From the NCBI GenBank assembly GCA_964057225.1, contig OZ059896.1:3348001-3412000 (forward strand): 64,000 nt of DNA. The letters run 5' to 3'. Below the pieces are notes generated by a model that saw nothing but the letters and a program-made list of their open reading frames with translations, had not been told where the DNA came from and did not search any database. The translations under genes and the position numbers were made by a program. The stretch's first letter is position 1; each line of letters opens with the position of its first letter. The stretch comes from Auanema rhodensis. Lineage: Eukaryota; Animalia; Nematoda. Positions 24,701 to 38,430 of the stretch are shown piece after piece.

Positions 24701-27700
24701 CTTTTTTTGAGGCAAAAACGATGGACAATGTTATTCAACGAAAAAATTAATTCTTCAGGGTGAAAATCGAGGATATAAGTGTGAACTTATATCAGTTAAT
24801 ATCTCGGTGCATTTTTAAGCTAGCGCAAATCTGATAACACAGATCGACGCAGCTTAAAAGTCCGCATCGAATGCACTATACTACATTAAGAAAAGCTTAA
24901 TACAAAAATTAGTTACGATCGTTTGAAAAATGATGCATTAGTGTATGTTGAGTTTCCATGTACACTCAAAATTGCTTCCAAAAACATTTTGACAAAATTT
25001 TTTCGAAAAATTTCAAAATAATTTCGCAAAAAGTAGATGTTTTTAGATTCCTTCTTTCAAGGCAAAAACGATGGACAATGTTATTCAACGAAAAAATTAA
25101 TTCTTCAGGGTGAAAATCGAGGATATAAGTGTGAACTTATATCAGTTGATATCTCGGTGCATTTTTAAGCTAGCGCAAATCTGATAACATAGATCGACGC
25201 AGCTTAAAAGTCCGCATCGAATGCACTATACTACATGGAGAAACGCTCATCACAAAAATTAGTTATGATCGTTTGAAAAATGATGCATTAGTGTATGTTG
25301 AGTTTCCATGTACACTCAAAATTGCTTCCAAAAACATTTTGACAAAAATTTTTTCGAAAAATTTCAAAATAATTTAGCAAAAAGTAGATGTTTTTAGATT
25401 CCTTTTTTCGAGGCAAAAACGATGGACAATGTTATTCAACGAAAAAATTAATTCTTCAGGGTGAAAATCGAGGATATAAGTGTGAACTTATATCAGTTGA
25501 TATCTCGGTGCATTTTTAAGCTAGCGCAAATCTGATAACATAGATCGACGCAGCTTAAAAGTCCGCATCGAAAGCACTATACTACATTAAGAAAAGCTTA
25601 ATACAAAAATTAGTTATGATCGTTTGAAAAATGATGCATTAGTGTATGTTGAGTTTCCATGTACACTCAACATTGCTTCCAAAAACATTTTGATAAAAAT
25701 TTTTTCGAAAAATTTCAAAATAATTTAGCAAGAAGTAGATGTTTTTAGATTCCTTTTTTAAAGGCAAAAACGATGGACAATGTTATTCAACGAAAAAATT
25801 AATTCTTCAGGGTGAAAATCGAGGATACAAGTGTGAACTTATATCAGATGATATCTAGGTGCATTTTTAAGCTAGCGCAAATCTGATAACACAGATCGAC
25901 GCAGCTTAAAAATCCGCATCGAATGCACTATATTACATTGAGGAAAGCTTAATACAAAAATTAGTTATGATCGTTTGAAAAATGATGCATTAGTGTATGT
26001 TGAGTTTCCATGTACACTCAAAATTGCTTCCAAAAACATTTTGACAAAAATTTTTTCGAAAAATTTCAAAATAATTTAGCAAAAAGTAGATGTTTTTAGA
26101 TTCCTTTTTTTAAGGCAAAAACGATGGACAATGTTATTCAACGAAAAAATTAATTCTTCAGGGTGAAAATCGAGGATATAAGTGTGAACTTATATCAGTT
26201 AATATCTCGGTGCATTTTTAAGCTAGCGCAAATCTGATAACACAGATCGACGCAGCTTAAAAAACCGCATCGAATGCACTATATTACATTGAGAAAAGCT
26301 TAATACAAAAATTAGTTATGATCGTTTGAAAAATGATGCATTAGTGTATGTTGAGTTTCCATGTACACTCAACATTGCTTCCAAAAACATTTTGACAAAA
26401 ATTTTTTCGAAAAATTTCAAAATAATTTAGCAAAAAGTAGATGTTTTTAGATTCCTTTTTTCAAGGCAAAAACGATGGACAATGTTATTCAACGAAAAAA
26501 TTAATTCTTCAGGGTGAAAATCGAGGATATAAGTGTGAACTTATATCAGTTGATATCTTGGTGCATTTTTAAGCTAGCGCAAATCTGATAACATAGATCG
26601 ACGCAGCTTAAAAGTCCGCATCGAAAGCACTATACTACATTAAGAAAAGCTTAATACAAAAATTAGTTATGATCGTTTGAAAAATGATGCATTAGTGTAT
26701 GTTGAGTTTCCATGTACACTCAACATTGCTTCCAAAAACATTTTGACAAAAATTTTTTCGAAAAATTTCAAAATAATTTAGCAAAAAGTAGATGTTTTTA
26801 GATTCCTTTTTTAAAGGCAAAAACGATGGACAATGTTATTCAACGAAAAAATTAATTCTTCAGGGTGAAAATCGAGGATATAAGTGTGAACTTATATCAG
26901 TTAATATCTCGGTGCATTTTTAAGCTAGCGCAAATCTGATAACACAGATCGACGCAGCTTAAAAGTCCGCATCGAATGCACTATACTACATGGAGAAACG
27001 CTCATCACAAAAATTAGTTATGATCGTTTGAAAAATGATGCATTAGTGTATGTTGAGTTTCCATGTACACTCAACATTGCTTCCAAAAACATTTTGACAA
27101 AATTTTTTCGAAAAATTTCAAAATAATTTCGCAAAAAGTAGATGTTTTTAGATTCCTTTTTTTGAGGCAAAAACGATGGACAATGTTATTCAACGAAAAA
27201 ATTAATTCTTCAGGGTGAAAATCGAGGATATAAGTGTGAACTTATATCAGTTAATATCTCGGTGCATTTTTAAGCTAGCGCAAATCTGATAACACAGATC
27301 GACGCAGCTTAAAAGTCCGCATCGAATGCACTATACTACATTAAGAAAAGCTTAATACAAAAATTAGTTACGATCGTTTGAAAAATGATGCATTAGTGTA
27401 TGTTGAGTTTCCATGTACACTCAAAATTGCTTCCAAAAACATTTTGACAAAATTTTTTCGAAAAATTTCAAAATAATTTCGCAAAAAGTAGATGTTTTTA
27501 GATTCCTTCTTTCAAGGCAAAAACGATGGACAATGTTATTCAACGAAAAAATTAATTCTTCAGGGTGAAAATCGAGGATATAAGTGTGAACTTATATCAG
27601 TTGATATCTCGGTGCATTTTTAAGCTAGCGCAAATCTGATAACACAGATCGACGCAGCTTAAAAATCCGCATCGAATGCATTATACTACATGGAGAAACG

Positions 27701-28999
27701 CTCATCACAAAAATTAGTTATGATCGTTTGAAAAATGATGCATTAGTGTATGTTGAGTTTCCATGTACACTCAACATTGCTTCCAAAAACATTTTGACAA
27801 AATTTTTTCGAAAAATTTCAAAATAATTTCGCAAAAAGTAGATGTTTTTAGATTCCTTTTTTTGAGGCAAAAACGATGGACAATGTTATTCAACGAAAAA
27901 ATTAATTCTTCAGGGTGAAAATCGAGGATATAAGTGTGAACTTATATCAGTTAATATCTCGGTGCATTTTTAAGCTAGCGCAAATCTGATAACACAGATC
28001 GACGCAGCTTAAAAGTCCGCATCGAATGCACTATACTACATGGAGAAACGCTCATCACAAAAATTAGTTATGATCGTTTGAAAAATGATGCATTAGTGTA
28101 TGTTGAGTTTCCATGTACACTCAACATTGCTTCCAAAAACATTTTGACAAAATTTTTTCGAAAAATTTCAAAATAATTTCGCAAAAAGTAGATGTTTTTA
28201 GATTCCTTTTTTTGAGGCAAAAACGATGGACAATGTTATTCAACGAAAAAATTAATTCTTCAGGGTGAAAATCGAGGATATAAGTGTGAACTTATATCAG
28301 TTAATATCTCGGTGCATTTTTAAGCTAGCGCAAATCTGATAACACAGATCGACGCAGCTTAAAAGTCCGCATCGAATGCACTATACTACATTAAGAAAAG
28401 CTTAATACAAAAATTAGTTACGATCGTTTGAAAAATGATGCATTAGTGTATGTTGAGTTTCCATGTACACTCAAAATTGCTTCCAAAAACATTTTGACAA
28501 AATTTTTTCGAAAAATTTCAAAATAATTTCGCAAAAAGTAGATGTTTTTAGATTCCTTCTTTCAAGGCAAAAACGATGGACAATGTTATTCAACGAAAAA
28601 ATTAATTCTTCAGGGTGAAAATCGAGGATATAAGTGTGAACTTATATCAGATGATATCTCGGTGCATTTTTAAGCTAGCGCAAATCTGATAACACAGATC
28701 GACGCAGCTTAAAAATCCGCATCGAATGCACTATATTACATGGAGAAACGCTCATCACAAAAATTAGTTATGATCGTTTGAAAAATGATGCATTAGTGTA
28801 TGTTGAGTTTCCATGTACACTCAAAATTGCTTCCAAAAACATTTTGACAAAAATTTTTTCGAAAAATTTCAAAATAATTTAGCAAAAAGTAGATGTTTTT
28901 AGATTCCTTTTTTCGAGGCAAAAACGATGGACAATGTTATTCAACGAAAAAATTAATTCTTCAGGGTGAAAATCGAGGATATAAGTGTGAACTTATATC

Positions 29000-31900
29000 A
29001 GTTGATATCTCGGTGCATTTTTAAGCTAGCGCAAATCTGATAACATAGATCGACGCAGCTTAAAAGTCCGCATCGAATGCACTATACTACATGGAGAAAC
29101 GCTCATCACAAAAATTAGTTATGATCGTTTGAAAAATGATGCATTAGTGTATGTTGAGTTTCCATGTACACTCAAAATTGCTTCCAAAAACATTTTGACA
29201 AAAATTTTTTCGAAAAATTTCAAAATAATTTAGCAAAAAGTAGATGTTTTTAGATTCCTTTTTTCGAGGCAAAAACGATGGACAATGTTATTCAACGAAA
29301 AAATTAATTCTTCAGGGTGAAAATCGAGGATATAAGTGTGAACTTATATCAGTTGATATCTCGGTGCATTTTTAAGCTAGCGCAAATCTGATAACATAGA
29401 TCGACGCAGCTTAAAAGTCCGCATCGAAAGCACTATACTACATTAAGAAAAGCTTAATACAAAAATTAGTTATGATCGTTTGAAAAATGATGCATTAGTG
29501 TATGTTGAGTTTCCATGTACACTCAACATTGCTTCCAAAAACATTTTGACAAAAATTTTTTCGAAAAATTTCAAAATAATTTAGCAAAAAGTAGATGTTT
29601 TTAGATTCCTTTTTTAAAGGCAAAAACGATGGACAATGTTATTCAACGAAAAAATTAATTCTTCAGGGTGAAAATCGAGGATACAAGTGTGAACTTATAT
29701 CAGATGATATCTAGGTGCATTTTTAAGCTAGCGCAAATCTGATAACACAGATCGACGCAGCTTAAAAATCCGCATCGAATGCACTATATTACATTGAGGA
29801 AAGCTTAATACAAAAATTAGTTATGATCGTTTGAAAAATGATGCATTAGTGTATGTTGAGTTTCCATGTACACTCAAAATTGCTTCCAAAAACATTTTGA
29901 CAAAAATTTTTTCGAAAAATTTCAAAATAATTTAGCAAAAAGTAGATGTTTTTAGATTCCTTTTTTTAAGGCAAAAACGATGGACAATGTTATTCAACGA
30001 AAAAATTAATTCTTCAGGGTGAAAATCGAGGATATAAGTGTGAACTTATATCAGTTGATATCTCGGTGCATTTTTAAGCTAGCGCAAATCTGATAACACA
30101 GATCGACGCAGCTTAAAAATCCGCATCGAATGCACTATATTACATGGAGGAAAGCTTAATACAAAAATTAGTTATGATTGTTTGAAAAATGATGCATTAG
30201 TGTATGTTGAGTTTCCATGTACACTCAAAATTGCTTCCAAAAACATTTTGACAAAAATTTTTTCGAAAAATTTCAAAATAATTTAGCAAAAAGTAGATGT
30301 TTTTAGATTCCTTCTTTCAAGGCAAAAACGATGGACAATGTTATTCAACGAAAAAATTAATTCTTCAGGGTGAAAATCGAGGATATAAGTGTGAACTTAT
30401 ATCAGTTGATATCTCGGTGCATTTTTAAGCTAGCGCAAATCTGATAACACAGATCGACGCAGCTTAAAAATCCGCATCGAATGCATTATACTACATGGAG
30501 AAACGCTCATCACAAAAATTAGTTATGATCGTTTGAAAAATGATGCATTAGTGTATGTTGAGTTTCCATGTACACTCAACATTGCTTCCAAAAACATTTT
30601 GACAAAATTTTTTCGAAAAATTTCAAAATAATTTCGCAAAAAGTAGATGTTTTTAGATTCCTTTTTTTGAGGCAAAAACGATGGACAATGTTATTCAACG
30701 AAAAAATTAATTCTTCAGGGTGAAAATCGAGGATATAAGTGTGAACTTATATCAGTTAATATCTCGGTGCATTTTTAAGCTAGCGCAAATCTGATAACAC
30801 AGATCGACGCAGCTTAAAAGTCCGCATCGAATGCACTATACTACATGGAGAAACGCTCATCACAAAAATTAGTTATGATCGTTTGAAAAATGATGCATTA
30901 GTGTATGTTGAGTTTCCATGTACACTCAACATTGCTTCCAAAAACATTTTGACAAAATTTTTTCGAAAAATTTCAAAATAATTTCGCAAAAAGTAGATGT
31001 TTTTAGATTCCTTTTTTTGAGGCAAAAACGATGGACAATGTTATTCAACGAAAAAATTAATTGTTCAGGGTGAAAATCGAGGATATAAGTGTGAACTTAT
31101 ATCAGTTAATATCTCGGTGCATTTTTAAGCTAGCGCAAATCTGATAACACAGATCGACGCAGCTTAAAAGTCCGCATCGAATGCACTATACTACATTAAG
31201 AAAAGCTTAATACAAAAATTAGTTACGATCGTTTGAAAAATGATGCATTAGTGTATGTTGAGTTTCCATGTACACTCAAAATTGCTTCCAAAAACATTTT
31301 GACAAAATTTTTTCGAAAAATTTCAAAATAATTTCGCAAAAAGTAGATGTTTTTAGATTCCTTTTTTCAAGGCAAAAACGATGGACAATGTTATTCAACG
31401 AAAAAATTAATTCTTCAGGGTGAAAATCGAGGATATAAGTGTGAACTTATATCAGATGATATCTCGGTGCATTTTTAAGCTAGCGCAAATCTGATAACAC
31501 AGATCGACGCAGCTTAAAAATCCGCATCGAATGCACTATATTACATTGAGGAAAGCTTAATACGAAAATTAGTTATGATCGTTTGAAAAATGATGCATTA
31601 GTGTATGTTGAGTTTCCATGTACACTCAAAATTGCTTCCAAAAACATTTTGACAAAAATTTTTTCGAAAAATTTCAAAATAATTTAGCAAAAAGTAGATG
31701 TTTTTAGATTCCTTTTTTCAAGGCAAAAACGATGGACAATGTTATTCAACGAAAAAATTAATTCTTCAGGGTGAAAATCGAGGATATAAGTGTGAACTTA
31801 TATCAGTTGATATCTTGGTGCATTTTTAAGCTAGCGCAAATCTGATAACATAGATCGACGCAGCTTAAAAGTCCGCATCGAAAGCACTATACTACATTAA

Positions 31901-33750
31901 GAAAAGCTTAATACAAAAATTAGTTATGATCGTTTGAAAAATGATGCATTAGTGTATGTTGAGTTTCCATGTACACTCAACATTGCTTCCAAAAACATTT
32001 TGACAAAAATTTTTTCGAAAAATTTCAAAATAATTTAGCAAAAAGTAGATGTTTTTAGATTCCTTTTTTAAAGGCAAAAACGATGGACAATGTTATTCAA
32101 CGAAAAAATTAATTCTTCAGGGTGAAAATCGAGGATACAAGTGTGAACTTATATCAGATGATATCTAGGTGCATTTTTAAGCTAGCGCAAATCTGATAAC
32201 ACAGATCGACGCAGCTTAAAAATCCGCATCGAATGCACTATATTACATTGAGGAAAGCTTAATACAGAAATTAGTTATGATCGTTTGAAAAATGATGCAT
32301 TAGTGTATGTTGAGTTTCCATGTACACTCAAAATTGCTTCCAAAAACATTTTGACAAAAATTTTTTCGAAAAATTTCAAAATAATTTAGCAAAAAGTAGA
32401 TGTTTTTAGATTCCTTTTTTTAAGGCAAAAACGATGGACAATGTTATTCAACGAAAAAATTAATTCTTCAGGGTGAAAATCGAGGATATAAGTGTGAACT
32501 TATATCAGTTGATATCTCGGTGCATTTTTAAGCTAGCGCAAATCTGATAACACAGATCGACGCAGCTTAAAAATCCGCATCGAATGCACTATATTACATT
32601 GAGGAAAGCTTAATACAAAAATTAGTTATGATTGTTTGAAAAATGATGCATTAGTGTATGTTGAGTTTCCATGTACACTCAAAATTGCTTCCAAAAACAT
32701 TTTGACAAAAATTTTTTCGAAAAATTTCAAAATAATTTAGCAAAAAGTAGATGTTTTTAGATTCCTTCTTTCAAGGCAAAAACGATGGACAATGTTATTC
32801 AACGAAAAAATTAATTCTTCAGGGTGAAAATCGAGGATATAAGTGTGAACTTATATCAGTTGATATCTCGGTGCATTTTTAAGCTAGCGCAAATCTGATA
32901 ACACAGATCGACGCAGCTTAAAAATCCGCATCGAATGCATTATACTACATGGAGAAACGCTCATCACAAAAATTAGTTATGATCGTTTGAAAAATGATGC
33001 ATTAGTGTATGTTGAGTTTCCATGTACACTCAAAATTGCTTCCAAAAACATTTTGACAAAATTTTTTCGAAAAATTTCAAAATAATTTCGCAAAAAGTAG
33101 ATGTTTTTAGATTCCTTTTTTTGAGGCAAAAACGATGGACAATGTTATTCAACGAAAAAATTAATTCTTCAGGGTGAAAATCGAGGATATAAGTGTGAAC
33201 TTATATCAGTTGATATCTCGGTGCATTTTTTAGCTAGCGCAAATCTGATAACACAGATCGACGCAGCTTAAAAGTCCGCATCGAATGCACTATACTACAT
33301 TAAGAAAAGCTTAATACAAAAATTAGTTACGATCGTTTGAAAAATGATGCATTAGTGTATGTTGAGTTTCCATGTACACTCAAAATTGCTTCCAAAAACA
33401 TTTTGACAAAATTTTTTCGAAAAATTTCAAAATAATTTCGCAAAAAGTAGATGTTTTTAGATTCCTTCTTTCAAGGCAAAAACGATGGACAATGTTATTC
33501 AACGAAAAAATTAATTCTTCAGGGTGAAAATCGAGGATATAAGTGTGAACTTATATCAGTTGATATCTCGGTGCATTTTTAAGCTAGCGCAAATCTGATA
33601 ACACAGATCGACGCAGCTTAAAAATCCGCATCGAATGCACTATATTACATTGAGGAAAGCTTAATACAAAAATTAGTTATGATTGTTTGAAAAATGATGC
33701 ATTAGTGTATGTTGAGTTTCCATGTACACTCAAAATTGCTTCCAAAAACA
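29000..33750. repeat. About 13-monomer block, copy 1 of a long-range duplication (offset 8762-8763 bp = 25 monomers); boundaries approximate
   Basis: GATACAAG 29684/38447, AATTGTTC 31063/39825, ATACGAAA 31564/40326, ATACAGAA 32267/41029 and TTTTTTAGCT 33231/41993. Confidence 0.88.
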
Positions 33751-36350
33751 TTTTGACAAAAATTTTTTCGAAAAATTTCAAAATAATTTAGCAAAAAGTA
33801 GATGTTTTTAGATTCCTTTTTTCAAGGCAAAAACGATGGACAATGTTATTCAACGAAAAAATTAATTCTTCAGGGTGAAAATCGAGGATATAAGTGTGAA
33901 CTTATATCAGTTGATATCTCGGTGCATTTTTAAGCTAGCGCAAATCTGATAACACAGATCGACGCAGCTTAAAAATCCGCATCGAATGCATTATACTACA
34001 TGGAGAAACGCTCATCACAAAAATTAGTTATGATCGTTTGAAAAATGATGCATTAGTGTATGTTGAGTTTCCATGTACACTCAAAATTGCTTCCAAAAAC
34101 ATTTTGACAAAATTTTTTCGAAAAATTTCAAAATAATTTCGCAAAAAGTAGATGTTTTTAGATTCCTTTTTTTGAGGCAAAAACGATGGACAATGTTATT
34201 CAAAGAAAAAATTAATTCTTCAGGGTGAAAATCGAGGATATAAGTGTGAACTTATATCAGTTAATATCTCGGTGCATTTTTAAGCTAGCGCAAATCTGAT
34301 AACACAGATCGACGCAGCTTAAAAGTCCGCATCGAATGCACTATACTACATTAAGAAAAGCTTAATACAAAAATTAGTTACGATCGTTTGAAAAATGATG
34401 CATTAGTGTATGTTGAGTTTCCATGTACACTCAAAATTGCTTCCAAAAACATTTTGACAAAATTTTTTCGAAAAATTTCAAAATAATTTCGCAAAAAGTA
34501 GATGTTTTTAGATTCCTTCTTTCAAGGCAAAAACGATGGACAATGTTATTCAACGAAAAAATTAATTCTTCAGGGTGAAAATCGAGGATATAAGTGTGAA
34601 CTTATATCAGTTAATATCTCGGTGCATTTTTAAGCTAGCGCAAATCTGATAACACAGATCGACGCAGCTTAAAAGTCCGCATCGAATGCACTATACTACA
34701 TTAAGAAAAGCTTAATACAAAAATTAGTTACGATCGTTTGAAAAATGATGCATTAGTGTATGTTGAGTTTCCATGTACACTCAAAATTGCTTCCAAAAAC
34801 ATTTTGACAAAATTTTTTCGAAAAATTTCAAAATAATTTCGCAAAAAGTAGATGTTTTTAGATTCCTTCTTTCAAGGCAAAAACGATGGACAATGTTATT
34901 CAACGAAAAAATTAATTCTTCAGGGTGAAAATCGAGGATATAAGTGTGAACTTATATCAGTTGATATCTCGGTGCATTTTTAAGCTAGCGCAAATCTGAT
35001 AACACAGATCGACGCAGCTTAAAAATCCGCATCGAATGCACTATATTACATTGAGGAAAGCTTAATACAAAAATTAGTTATGATTGTTTGAAAAATGATG
35101 CATTAGTGTATGTTGAGTTTCCATGTACACTCAAAATTGCTTCCAAAAACATTTTGACAAAAATTTTTTCGAAAAATTTCAAAATAATTTAGCAAAAAGT
35201 AGATGTTTTTAGATTCCTTTTTTCAAGGCAAAAACGATGGACAATGTTATTCAACGAAAAAATTAATTCTTCAGGGTGAAAATCGAGGATATAAGTGTGA
35301 ACTTATATCAGTTGATATCTCGGTGCATTTTTAAGCTAGCGCAAATCTGATAACACAGATCGACGCAGCTTAAAAATCCGCATCGAATGCATTATACTAC
35401 ATGGAGAAACGCTCATCACAAAAATTAGTTATGATCGTTTGAAAAATGATGCATTAGTGTATGTTGAGTTTCCATGTACACTCAAAATTGCTTCCAAAAA
35501 CATTTTGACAAAATTTTTTCGAAAAATTTCAAAATAATTTCGCAAAAAGTAGATGTTTTTAGATTCCTTTTTTTGAGGCAAAAACGATGGACAATGTTAT
35601 TCAAAGAAAAAATTAATTCTTCAGGGTGAAAATCGAGGATATAAGTGTGAACTTATATCAGTTAATATCTCGGTGCATTTTTAAGCTAGCGCAAATCTGA
35701 TAACACAGATCGACGCAGCTTAAAAGTCCGCATCGAATGCACTATACTACATTAAGAAAAGCTTAATACAAAAATTAGTTACGATCGTTTGAAAAATGAT
35801 GCATTAGTGTATGTTGAGTTTCCATGTACACTCAAAATTGCTTCCAAAAACATTTTGACAAAATTTTTTCGAAAAATTTCAAAATAATTTCGCAAAAAGT
35901 AGATGTTTTTAGATTCCTTCTTTCAAGGCAAAAACGATGGACAATGTTATTCAACGAAAAAATTAATTCTTCAGGGTGAAAATCGAGGATATAAGTGTGA
36001 ACTTATATCAGTTAATATCTCGGTGCATTTTTAAGCTAGCGCAAATCTGATAACACAGATCGACGCAGCTTAAAAGTCCGCATCGAATGCACTATACTAC
36101 ATTAAGAAAAGCTTAATACAAAAATTAGTTACGATCGTTTGAAAAATGATGCATTAGTGTATGTTGAGTTTCCATGTACACTCAAAATTGCTTCCAAAAA
36201 CATTTTGACAAAATTTTTTCGAAAAATTTCAAAATAATTTCGCAAAAAGTAGATGTTTTTAGATTCCTTCTTTCAAGGCAAAAACGATGGACAATGTTAT
36301 TCAACGAAAAAATTAATTCTTCAGGGTGAAAATCGAGGATATAAGTGTGA
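33250..36350. repeat. 4-monomer block duplication (period 1401 bp); boundaries approximate
   Basis: The rare TTCAAAGAAA variant occurs at 34204/35605 with matching flanking alleles. Confidence 0.75.
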
Positions 36351-36799
36351 ACTTATATCAGTTGATATCTCGGTGCATTTTTAAGCTAGCGCAAATCTGA
36401 TAACATAGATCGACGCAGCTTAAAAATCCGCATCGAATGCATTATACTACATGGAGAAACGCTCATCACAAAAATTAGTTATGATCGTTTGAAAAATGAT
36501 GCATTAGTGTATGTTGAGTTTCCATGTACACTCAACATTGCTTCCAAAAACATTTTGACAAAATTTTTTCGAAAAATTTCAAAATAATTTCGCAAAAAGT
36601 AGATGTTTTTAGATTCCTTTTTTTGAGGCAAAAACGATGGACAATGTTATTCAACGAAAAAATTAATTCTTCAGGGTGAAAATCGAGGATATAAGTGTGA
36701 ACTTATATCAGTTGATATCTCGGTGCATTTTTAAGCTAGCGCAAATCTGATAACACAGATCGACGCAGCTTAAAAATCCGCATCGAATGCACTATATTA

Positions 36800-38430
36800 C
36801 ATGGAGAAACGCTCATCACAAAAATTAGTTATGATCGTTTGAAAAATGATGCATTAGTGTATGTTGAGTTTCCATGTACACTCAAAATTGCTTCCAAAAA
36901 CATTTTGACAAAAATTTTTTCGAAAAATTTCAAAATAATTTAGCAAAAAGTAGATGTTTTTAGATTCCTTTTTTCGAGGCAAAAACGATGGACAATGTTA
37001 TTCAACGAAAAAATTAATTCTTCAGGGTGAAAATCGAGGATATAAGTGTGAACTTATATCAGTTGATATCTCGGTGCATTTTTAAGCTAGCGCAAATCTG
37101 ATAACATAGATCGACGCAGCTTAAAAGTCCGCGTCGAATGCACTATACTACATGGAGAAACGCTCATCACAAAAATTAGTTATGATCGTTTGAAAAATGA
37201 TGCATTAGTGTATGTTGAGTTTCCATGTACACTCAAAATTGCTTCCAAAAACATTTTGACAAAAATTTTTTCGAAAAATTTCAAAATAATTTAGCAAAAA
37301 GTAGATGTTTTTAGATTCCTTTTTTCGAGGCAAAAACGATGGACAATGTTATTCAACGAAAAAATTAATTCTTCAGGGTGAAAATCGAGGATATAAGTGT
37401 GAACTTATATCAGTTGATATCTCGGTGCATTTTTAAGCTAGCGCAAATCTGATAACATAGATCGACGCAGCTTAAAAGTCCGCATCGAAAGCACTATACT
37501 ACATTAAGAAAAGCTTAATACAAAAATTAGTTATGATCGTTTGAAAAATGATGCATTAGTGTATGTTGAGTTTCCATGTACACTCAACATTGCTTCCAAA
37601 AACATTTTGACAAAAATTTTTTCGAAAAATTTCAAAATAATTTAGCAAAAAGTAGATGTTTTTAGATTCCTTTTTTAAAGGCAAAAACGATGGACAATGT
37701 TATTCAACGAAAAAATTAATTCTTCAGGGTGAAAATCGAGGATATAAGTGTGAACTTATATCAGTTGATATCTCGGTGCATTTTTAAGCTAGCGCAAATC
37801 TGATAACATAGATCGACGCAGCTTAAAAGTCCGCGTCGAATGCACTATACTACATGGAGAAACGCTCATCACAAAAATTAGTTATGATCGTTTGAAAAAT
37901 GATGCATTAGTGTATGTTGAGTTTCCATGTACACTCAAAATTGCTTCCAAAAACATTTTGACAAAAATTTTTTCGAAAAATTTCAAAATAATTTAGCAAA
38001 AAGTAGATGTTTTTAGATTCCTTTTTTCGAGGCAAAAACGATGGACAATGTTATTCAACGAAAAAATTAATTCTTCAGGGTGAAAATCGAGGATATAAGT
38101 GTGAACTTATATCAGTTGATATCTCGGTGCATTTTTAAGCTAGCGCAAATCTGATAACATAGATCGACGCAGCTTAAAAGTCCGCATCGAAAGCACTATA
38201 CTACATTAAGAAAAGCTTAATACAAAAATTAGTTATGATCGTTTGAAAAATGATGCATTAGTGTATGTTGAGTTTCCATGTACACTCAACATTGCTTCCA
38301 AAAACATTTTGACAAAAATTTTTTCGAAAAATTTCAAAATAATTTAGCAAAAAGTAGATGTTTTTAGATTCCTTTTTTAAAGGCAAAAACGATGGACAAT
38401 GTTATTCAACGAAAAAATTAATTCTTCAGG
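36800..38430. repeat. 2-monomer duplication (period 702 bp); boundaries approximate
   Basis: CCGCGTCGA at 37133/37835 and CGAAAGC at 37490/38192. Confidence 0.75.
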